From the NCBI GenBank assembly GCA_963924565.1, contig OZ004615.1:7998001-8062000 (forward strand): a stretch of 64,000 nucleotides of DNA, given 5' to 3'. The DNA is from Ascidiella aspersa. Taxonomy: Eukaryota. The notes under the pieces were generated by a model. The model saw only the letters and a list, made by a program, of their open reading frames with translations. It was not told the DNA's origin and made no database searches. A program made the position numbers and the translations under genes. Below are positions 51,031 to 61,679 of the stretch, piece after piece (position 1 is the stretch's first letter; each line of letters starts with the position of its first letter).

Positions 51031-51188
51031 CTTTAGATGACGGGCATTAAAAAATAGTTGCTAGATTTCTGACACGTTGGATGTTTGACTTTTGACCAAA
51101 TCAAATATTATTCTTCTTATAGCAAGTCGCCTTTAAATTACAGCACTTAACCTTAACCCTCCGTTTGTTGATGCTGGTTCGTTTAGCA

Positions 51189-51530
51189 CAGTGATTCTCA
51201 ATTTTTTTTTCTTTCGTGGCCCATTTTCGTTGCAAAATAAAGCTGTGGCCCAAAAAATTTTATGTAAGAAAAAAAATAAATAATAGGTTTAGAACAAAGA
51301 AGAAAAACATTTTTTAAAACATAATGTTTATTCAACCGGGCATTATTGAAATACTGCTGCTGAACAATAAATCTACATTTCATTTACATGCGTTCTCAGT
51401 TTCTTTACAAGCCTGTAAAATTAAGTATGGGACACAAATAAAACTAAATTCTTCAATAAATGTTGCTTTAAAAAAATGGTCTGTGGCCCACCTTAAAGTG
51501 TTTCCATGGCCCACTGGTTTACAACCGCTG
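51189..51530. mobile_element. hAT MITE just upstream of SDR-B
   Basis: Ends CAGTGATTCTCAA / TTTACAACCGCTG; TSD GTTTAGCA. Confidence 0.8.
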
Positions 51531-51705
51531 GTTTAGCACAAGGTACCTGTGAGATTTTTTAATTTCCGTTGAGTGGTGACACAAGCTACAATCAAACGCG
51601 TCGAGAGAAAAAGGCAACGGTGCCACAGCTCTGTACAGAAATTCGTTGCCTCCGGCAAAGCATCTTGATACTACATGTAAGCTGCTAAAGTTAAAAACCA
51701 GAAAA

Positions 51706-54700
51706 ATGAATGTATTTCAATTCTTGTGGGTGGCTATCAAGGTCCTAATTGAAACAATTTTAGGGTGAGTTTTGCAAATGTTGCTTGTTTGATGTGCTCA
51801 TTTAAAATTACAGATACGCAGAATTCGGGTAACCGCAAATTACTTTTCGAGTTTTGTACAGTGATTGCTCGTTTAAATTGGTTTGCAAGAAAAGGGTGAC
51901 TTGGAATAGGATAACGCTAACGAATCGCGGTCTTCATTCGCAGCGTGGCTTATTAATCGGTTTGGTTTATTTACACAGCGCCGTTGTTATCAGACTCACT
52001 CATTTGAAGTAACTCTTTAGCTGCAATGGCTTTTTAACGTTAGCCTACTGACCTACTCGAACCTATTATTATACAGATGGATTAATAAGGTCATTTAACT
52101 AAAGGATATATCCACATTATTTAACGACATCATAGTTTCAAAGTTTTAAGGTTGATGAGCATCTTCTTCAATATTGCGATTACGTTTTTACTGAAGTGTT
52201 TTCATTTATGTCGATTTCCGTGTGAAGTACGAAATAGCGCTTCTGCTCTGCAATCGAGCACAATGGTTGAAGGTTATAGTAAGACGCAGTAAAAATATCA
52301 AACGCAATAAGAAAACCCATACTTTATTAAGTGCTTTCTCAATCTGTTGAAAATAAATAGAGTTATTCGAAACGTGCAAAATGATACCTACTTCCGTATG
52401 GGCTTTGATATTTTTACTACGTCTTGGTCCGCTATCATTTGTTATCTTTTTGTGACGAAACAATTTCCTGCGTAACGCAGTGTGGTAAACAGGCTGAGTA
52501 CTATTGTATAGGTTTTTCCTGCTCTACATGCGCGTGGGCCGTGGGTACGATTGACGTACGTTGATGTGATGGCGGTTTGCTTTAAACTAGGAAAGCATAG
52601 ATAGAAATCAACGCATCGTTATTAAATAGTTGTTTGAATGGCAAGATTACACAAAACCTACTGATACTTGATATCCGGTGGACAGTAGGCCGCCTTAGGC
52701 TTCAGGCAGTCTGGCAGTGTTTTGTTTTAACACATGGCGAGCCGGGTTAAAAATATCTGTTTGGGTAAATCTTCAAACTGCCATTAAGACTAGTACAAAA
52801 ATTATTACAGCTGAAAGGTAAATTTGTAGATTTTTGTAATACTTTTCTCCCCTAAATACAGCAAACTTACTTACTATAATGGTGACTTCAACTAATGTCC
52901 AGGACGGAAAATTGTCTTATACCATAGTATGTTAAACGACCTTCAAGCTTATACTGCATACCATATCCAGGATCAGAAAGACAGTGCTTCGTACTGTCTA
53001 TGCATTTGCATAGAGCGCACATGACGTAAAAGGCTCCAGATTAAGTTGGAGCAGAGGTTATAGGGCAGCTTTGTTAAAGCGCCTATTGTATTGCTTAAAA
53101 CCAAACGTTAACTGTTTTTTTGTAACACAAGCTGCGATACGGATAATAATCACAGTGTTTGCTATATGTTTTATTAGTGACCTGGTTTGCTTTTAATGAA
53201 AGTCTCTGGAAAATAACGTACGGGTGCGATGTCTTTGTGTAGTTCAGGACTTTGTTTTGCATAAGGTTGACATTTGCATATCGAAAGGAAAACAAAGCTT
53301 GAAGTACTGTGTGTAAAATTAATACAGCCTAACTGACTAACCCTAAAAAACTCATCGCGACCCCAGTTTTGTTAGTCATGATTTAGATTTGTACAAAATT
53401 TAATCCATTGGGGGGCCGGGGGCCTCCCCACCCCTCTGGGGGGCGCAATAGGTCAGCAAAGGGCGTTTGAAGGACATAAGTTAACGACGCAAAAATATTT
53501 GTTTTTATGGCTAATCCACAATAGTTTTCATGAATATCTTTCCCGATTTTCGTTGCAGTCAACTTTAGATATAAAAATAGTATAGTACTTGTACGACAAG
53601 CCTGCTATTTGTCTGTTCCTTTTCATCCAATGAACCCAATTGTTTTGCTTGGCAATGTTGAAAATCATAGTTTTGCCAAAATATTTTCCTCCTATGCCAG
53701 CAAATTATGTTTGTTCAGCATTCCGTCCGAAGTCTATGTTTGCCCTTGTCCAAATATCCAACTTTGCGAACAACGACGTGAATCTCGACAGTGTTTGCGC
53801 AAACGCTAAACACCTTTGCTTGAGTAACGTTCAACCTGTAATTAGACAACCAGTGTAACACTTCTAAAAAAATCAGTCCTATTACATTGTTTTAAACGCT
53901 AATATACAAAAAATACCTTTTTTAGTGGTGAGAAAACACTCTAAATTCTTGAATTAACTTTAACCAAAACCTCTAATCTATTTAATTTTCGAACCGTTTG
54001 GCGAAAAGAAATAGGCCTGAAACGCTTCATATAGTGAATTGCCATTAAGAAAACCCTAATTTTATTTAATCTAGACCAGGGCACTTCCTTAAATCATGTT
54101 AATGAGGCAGTAAAATACACCAAGCATACGTTCAAATTTAGCATGTACGTTCACAGATGGATATTGCCAGCCAGATACAAATCAGTTGAAGGCGAAGTTT
54201 GTCTGATTACTGGTGCTGGCAACGGAATCGGAAGACTGATCGCAATCGAATACGCCAAGAGAAAAGCAAAGCTTATTCTATGGGACATCGACAAAACAGG
54301 TAATGATAGGGGAAATAAGGGGTTGGATAAATGTGTTTTTACTCTTGATATACGATTTAAAGCGGTATAATGGAGTTCCGGACCTCTGGTAAAACTCGTT
54401 CTCCTATAAGCATTAGGACACGTTAGTCTAATAAAAAAAACGTTTACAAATAGTTAGAAACGCTCCTGACTAAATGTCATGAATTATTACCGGGCCATAT
54501 TCCGCGTAAAAGAAACTTGATGCGCTTGAACGAACACATATCGTGTCGCTTTACTGATTTTTTAATTAGCTTTTACTGTTTTGTTGTAACACGAGACTTC
54601 TAGGTATTGAGTGGAATCGTATGGTGTGTAGCGTTTTCGATGGAAGGCCCCAGTCTTAGACGTCACAGTTTATATTACCCTACGCTACAGGAAACTCCTG

Positions 54701-57700
54701 GAATTCCTAACCTTGTTTGTATATCACCTGGCCAAACCTGTCTAAACCTCATGAACACCCGCAAACTACACGTTCGTTAGAAAACGACGCTTTATCGCCT
54801 TTAGAATATGTTTAAACAATTAACTGTCCCGCCGGTTCGTAAATAACGTTACTCCCAAGGGCCGCTGTAAAAGATGTGAAACTAGAAATGAGAATTCTGA
54901 CTGTGCACTGTATTCGATGGGTAACAAATGGAAATATGGTTGGAATTACCAAGTTGTGGTGTCCAGGTCAAAAAAGAGCCAACAAATAAGGAATGTTGAT
55001 CATAATATATATTTAGTTAGCGCACTTTCGAAATAATGGTGAAACCCACATTGTGCCCTTACATAATCCATAATCCTGCTAAACTTTCGGACAATATCCA
55101 CTACTTAATGTGCAAGATAAAATACTGCAGTAGGTCCCATGTGGGCAATAGCACACAAAACCTTTACATAATATGAGGTGACCGGCAAAAGGGAAAGGCA
55201 ATCAAAATCACACGTAGGCCTATTGTTAAATTATCTGGAATCGCTCCCGTTAGTTTGGTAAACACTCTTCCATTTTCTTAGGTATTTGGTATAGCTCAAG
55301 CTAAAGCATGAACTGAGTTCGACAGCATTTGAGGCACCACCGGGCCCCTACGGAGCCATTTCGTCATGTTTGACTCGCGAGCAATGTAAAACAACGGCTT
55401 ACTGCGTCAGAAAGGTCACGTTCACAGAAGCAACAATGTTTTTAAACCAATTCTAACCGTCGAGAAGCAGAGTTTTGTTCCAAGGACAGCATAACCTTGA
55501 CAGATAACGTTAAATTATCGCATCTCTATGGCAATTTACGTTTTTTCATCACCACAATAATCTAAACCCGGCTTAAACCACTATTATTCAGCTTTTTAAT
55601 TATCATGCCCACCTACCATGGAACTCTCAACAATTACACACTCTTTGCTAACCTAGAGAATTCCGGTGGCACTATATAAAGACAAATTATATTGAGTTCT
55701 CGACAAGCTTTCGCACAACCGTGCTTCATCAGGTCAAAGTATAAATGAAGACAATTGAAAAGCACGTAAAAGCACAAGCGCGAGTAAAAGGCTTATACCA
55801 GGTTTTCTTAATCATGGTCCTCGGCCCCCCTGGGGGGCCACGGAGCGGTAATTGGGGGGCCACGGGCATAGGCGTAGCCAGGGGGACACATGGTCATTTC
55901 TCCGAAAAAATTATAATATATTTTACTCCTAATCATTTTTTGTAGCATTTATAAGCAGTACACAACTGTCGATCACAGGCATGCCACACCTTCAATTGTC
56001 AGGCACTGTTACGTCACAAACGATATAGTTATTATGTTTGCTGTATACTTATTAAAGTAGTTTTATTACTTTTAGTTATTTGTTTTTTTCTTTTTAAATA
56101 GATTTTAAGCATTGTGTTAAAACTCGACCAGTTGCTGAGCGAAATATTTTGCTAGTATATTTATTTGTTTTTGATACGGCAGTTAGTCAGTTGTAACGAG
56201 TCTCGCTGGCGGGAACCGACTAATAGACTTTTAATCGTAGTGTCATTACTGATTCGTTGTAAATATAGTTATTTGTTTATGTTTTATATAAAGTCGATTA
56301 ATCGCTGTGAGATAACAGTTTTAGTGTCAAGTTATATGTTTGCCTACTCAGCGTGTCTTGTCTTTTCCTGCATCAAGAAGCGTTGTTTTAAATCAAATAT
56401 TCTTACTAGTTCAAGTTCAAAATTTTTGCGCCACACATATTTCGGCTGGCTAAGCCACTGACCACGGGCACAACTCTCTAGCTACGTATTGCAAAACCAG
56501 TCACCACTTTCAAAAATTACCAGTTAACTTTATGACTGTAAAACTTTTTTGTAATGTTTTATAACACAGTTTTCTAAAACGTTTTTAGACGAGAGATGTT
56601 AAAAGTAGAAGCGTGGATCCTTTCTTTCGTTTATCGATAAACAGTCCGTAGGAAAACGCATGAAGTACGCTGGGTAACTCAAGGCCATTTTAGGACAATA
56701 CTCAGCTAGGTTGGTTATGTAAATTAATAGTAATTCATAAACCGAAAATCCTAAATCATCTTGACGAATGTAGTAACATTGGCTTGGCTCAGTACAAATT
56801 ATAGCAAAAAAACAAATTTTGAGACAACTAAGTGCATTTATTCGTTGATTAATGTCTGTATTTGATATTAACGTGAAACAAGAAAAAATACTCGTAGAAA
56901 CAACGCTAAATATTTTTTTATAAGCAGGGTGGCGAGTGTTAAGAACCTTTCAAAGGGGGCCACGAAGCATAAAAGGTTGAGAACCACTGGCTTATACTTT
57001 GACCTGATGAAGCACGGTTGTGCGAAAGCTTGCCAAGAACTCAGTACAATTTGTCTTTAGACAGTGCCACCTGAATTCTCTATTTGGAATTAGACAAATA
57101 CGGCCATTTACAAAGTTTGCTAACCTATAGTCTATATAGATGCTTTTTATTGCGCTTGACGTGAATACTTTTTTAAAAAGCGATTTAACATCAAGATTAT
57201 ACCAGCCCTATATTCAAAGTACACCAACAACAGATAACAGTATTATATCATACTTTAAAATCCGACCGTATCAACTATAAAATTATTTGTAAAAAACAAT
57301 GTACGGACCGTTGAGACTGTGCTGTGTTTGGTTTTGGCCCCCGACTGGAAATAGGTTGCCCATCCCTGCTACACAACTATGTCATAGGCAGTGGTTCAAG
57401 CGTAAGTATAAAAGAAAGCTTCGCGACACAATTTCCTTCACTTAACATTTTAATAAAAAATACATTAGCAATAATAAGTTCGAATGTAATTAATAAGCGC
57501 CTTATTTTGTTTTTTTCGCAATGTTATTAAATGTTCGAAAAAAACGTACCAATCTTAGTCCACCTAACCATACAAAAGTATATTTGCAGTCGGCGCCCTA
57601 ACAAAATTAAACCGCGCGCATGTGTTGAGAAACACTGTGCTAGATTGAGGCCGTAAATCAGCGTTTTTAAATATTTTTGTCATCGCGAACCAAATACTAT

Positions 57701-60700
57701 AAGCGTAAGTTTAACAACAACACTTGGCGACCAAACGATCTTCATGATTTTTTAAGCAAACAAAAATAATAAACATAGCAGACCTAATTTCCAATTTAAT
57801 TAATATGAGTAATTTATTCGTAGTGTTCCGGCAATTTTTCTCAATTAAAGGACAAATCTTGCTCAGAACCAATCTCAACCAATTTAGCCATGTAAACTAT
57901 TGCAGCAGTCGGCGACCAAACCAAATCAATTGGCGAACCAACTATAGGTCGCGACCTATAGATTGAGAAACACTCGAGGTAATTATTCGACCATTTTCTT
58001 CTTTTGTTTTACAGGCGTGGAGGAGACAGGAGCAATGGTGAGGGAGCTGGGTGCTCAGGTGTTCACTGACGTGTGCGACCTTTCACAGCAAGAGCAAATC
58101 GCGAAAGCCGCCGAAAAAGCGCGAACAATTTTCGGTGACGTCACCATTCTCGTGAACAACGCCGGTGAGAAAGTTCGTTTTTTTTCGGTGCATATTCTCC
58201 CATAAGTATATGTTGCTGGACACTGCGTCTGTAAACCTTTAAGCAGAGGTTCTTAACCAGGGGTTCGTGTACCCCTTGGGGTTCGGTATACTACTAGTTT
58301 TAGGGGGTTTATCAAGGTATAAGTATTAGTGTAAGTTTAAGGAGTAATCCATTTAAAAAAAAGAGTTTAATTAAAAATAAAACGGTATTGCACTGAATGT
58401 ATTTAGGCTTTATTTTACTTTCACAGTTTTCGGCCTGAAATCAGCATTTTTCGGCTATTTTTTCAGCCTGAAATTAGCAGTTTATTGTATTGTGACGTCA
58501 ATTTATGACGTCATCTTTGAATTTTTTTGGTCTAACATTGTCCACGCGAACCAAAAATTTGTTTAGTGGTCCGCATGAAAAGAACCACTGCTATAGATAC
58601 TCTATTTGAATGACGGTGACATTCATGACTTCGTATTTTGCGGTCATTTAATTTAGTTTAAATTGTTTTTGACAACTCGACCTAAATGTTTTCAATTATG
58701 TTAAATCTTAGCGTACATTTAGAAACAACTGCTGGCTTTAAGTTTTATATTAAAAACATTTGTATTTAATTTCCCAATAAATTCGATTAAACTGTACCCA
58801 AACCGAGGATATTTCAACGTTATTTCGGTCTAACTCTAAATTCGACTAATATGCTATATCAAAACAGCGTAAAAATAGATCACAAATCGTGACTATCGTG
58901 TCGTTGTGTCAAGGAAATCATTTAAACGCAACACAACCCCCTCACAAAGTTCAAAGTACAAGCATTACTGTGCTGTGTCAAGCTATTGTATTCTGATTGG
59001 AATGTGGATTCAGGAAATATCAGCCTCAAATCAAATAGCGTTTTTTAAGTGAACTTTTAAAGCCAAATGAACTAATATCCATGGAAATAGAGAGGTCTAA
59101 CAAAAACTCTATATCCCTTTACAGTAAACTCTCGTGTCCAGTAGTGCAAGTAAAACCGCCACCCTTAGATAACGTTTTGCACGCTCCGTTAACTCTTACT
59201 AAAAGCCTGCCCTATAAACAGAAGCTCCAAATCACGGTTGAAATCTTTCACCCACTTTATAAAATCACACGTGTGTACAGACAATTTAACTTGGAGGGAA
59301 TAATTTTTGCAGCATTGTTAAGTGTGCACAACGCTAAGTATGTGTTTCCACAACAGAATCATGTCCTTCAAAGGAACACATAAACGCCGACCTTGAAAGT
59401 TCTAGAAGTTTATAATAGCTTGGCCGCACAATAATAAAGTCAGCCAGGTTAAAACGTGTAAATGGAGATATGCATTTTAAGTGAATGGTATCATCAGTTT
59501 ATCTGTACAAATAAATAGTAAAAAAGTAATAAAATATAAAAATGTAAAATAAAACATTTTGACTGATTGTTGTTCGAAGCAGTACGCTTATCAAGCTGCT
59601 TGTAAATGGCGAGATATACATTATTAAACATATTGTTCTCAATAGGTAAACGAAGCGTTACCAGGCACTGTACGGTTTAAACTTAGAACGTCATTATGTA
59701 GTGCAAAGTGGGTAACATTCTGCCCGCCATTTTTTTACAAAATGGTAACTAGACGATTCCTTATTTTTTTGGTTGTTTCAACTATCGTAAATGCGATAAG
59801 TTCCTTCGCTTTGCGCAAATCTTGTTCATGCATCTAGTATGTTTGCTATTTGAGGCAATATTGTCAGCCTTAAGGTGTCATGCCTACCCTTGATTGGAAA
59901 TATTAATAATTAATGTTTTGCCAAATTATTATTTCTAAATGCATTCCATTGCGCTTCACACGATCCATCCTATCTTTTCAATATGAACTAGAGTTTAACG
60001 GGGTGACCCATTTCCCATTGAAAACCCTTTGTTCGCCCTGATTAACAGTCTATACAGTTGTTATAATAAAATTTACCCCGAAAATGTATGCTCAATTGGC
60101 ATGTATGCACACGAAAATAAACTAAAATTCGCTTGCTTATAGTTGTTGGTTTCCGGTCAACTTTGGAGTGGGTTTTCAAAAAGCATAAAAAGCATGTTTG
60201 GACTGCTTTAGTAAATTTACGCCAATATAAATTGCTATAGCTTTTAAAATCCAGATGCGTAAAATCAAACTATTCACTTTCCATTTCGTGTGTACCAACA
60301 TCAAAGCAAAGCTTGACCGAACTACGGATATGGCAACATAAGGCCACGCGTGGATTTCCCATTACCTCGGCAAAGGTTGCTTTGCAGACAAATAGCTGGA
60401 ACACGGATGCTTGTTTACCACCAAACAGTCGAAAAGGGAAGCGTGAAATTTGAGCTCGCGCCTGTGCGTTTCCAAACTTGCCAGCACAAGGAAACCGACA
60501 ACAACCTGAACCTAAGCCAGTTGACTTTCGTATGTGTTGTGCAGCCCAACAAACCCATGGAAATACCCATGAAAACATTTGACCGCCTCTATTAAAACAT
60601 GTACAAATGTTTTAGCCTAAACTTTTAGCCTAGATGAAATGTGGAAAATGCGCAAGCAAAAAATTAAGTCAGCCTGTTCGCATAGTAAATATGTTATAAT

Positions 60701-61642
60701 GAACTTCACACGAGGTCTGTAATGAGCCAAGGTCCTACAGACAACTGATCAATCCCACGAAACAACTTTTACTTAGTTATGGTGCAAACGAACACTACAC
60801 ATACACATTGTAAGACACTACATTCGGGAATTTTGTTTAACCTAATCTAAACGTTGTACTCGATACAGGCATCACGTATTGCAAAGACTTGCTGGACCTT
60901 TCGCAACGCCAGATAGAAATGACCTTCAAAGTCAACGTGATGGCCCACTTTTGGACCTTGAGAGAGTTTCTCCCGTCGATGCAGCGCAACAATCATGGAC
61001 ACATAGTGACGACGGCTTCTGTAGTTGGTAAGTATTCCAATCCGTGTTAACTTTTCCTTGAATTATTGGCGCGATACATTTCGTAGAAGCATGAGTTGTG
61101 TTTGTCTTCAATATTAGTCTAGCTTTGACCACAGACGGTAGTCTAGCTTTGCCCGCAGACGTGCCGTTTACCAGATTGACGATGTGGTGATCATCGCCGT
61201 AACGGTTTGCAAGAACTCGACCTAAACGCATTGCGCCTTGCGTTGCAAACCGAAACATTTTCGAGGATAGCCTTCCTCATAGCTTAACCATGACACTAAC
61301 CAAACGCATCAGTCGCGCATGAAACAGAATAGGAGTTTTATGCTCAACATCTTTGCCGATTGATCAGAACGTAGGTTGATGACCAGTTAGCTGCACTAGC
61401 CGAAATCCAATCAACAGACCACGCATTTGCAATTTTTGTTAGTCAGTTAGTCACGAACTGGTAATTAAACACCCAAGTTAAAATCGCTCGCAATACAGTG
61501 CGCTTAAATTTATAGAAATACTTTGCAAATCAAGATTTTTCACCAGGGAAATGTGGCGAGTTTTGAGGTTACACTGCCCTGTCTACAATTTCTCGCTCAA
61601 ATGCAATTTAAAGCGTTGCACTTACATATGCCTTTGCTAGCG

Positions 61643-61679
<37 letters not shown>

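Larger units (their letters stand above)
55656..57115. mobile_element. tiny head-to-head Penelope-like 3'-end insertion (second family) with 12-bp TSD, split by nested MITEs
   Basis: 55654-55744 is an inverted copy of 56992-57082 (7 differences in 91 nt). Extra 33-nt tail at 57083-57115. TSD TTTGCTAACCTA at 55644-55655 and 57116-57127. The hammerhead followed by ...GTCT...GTGCCAC resembles known Penelope-like terminal repeats. Confidence 0.82.

Noticed and set aside
52155-52195. MSIFFNIAITFLL as SDR-B first exon
   Set aside because: Weak donor; 51706-51764 fits length, phase, motif and the GTGAGT donor far better.
55654-57082. DNA transposon with 91-bp TIRs
   Set aside because: The TSD is offset by a 33-nt tail, the repeats are hammerhead motifs, and the interior is made of later MITEs.
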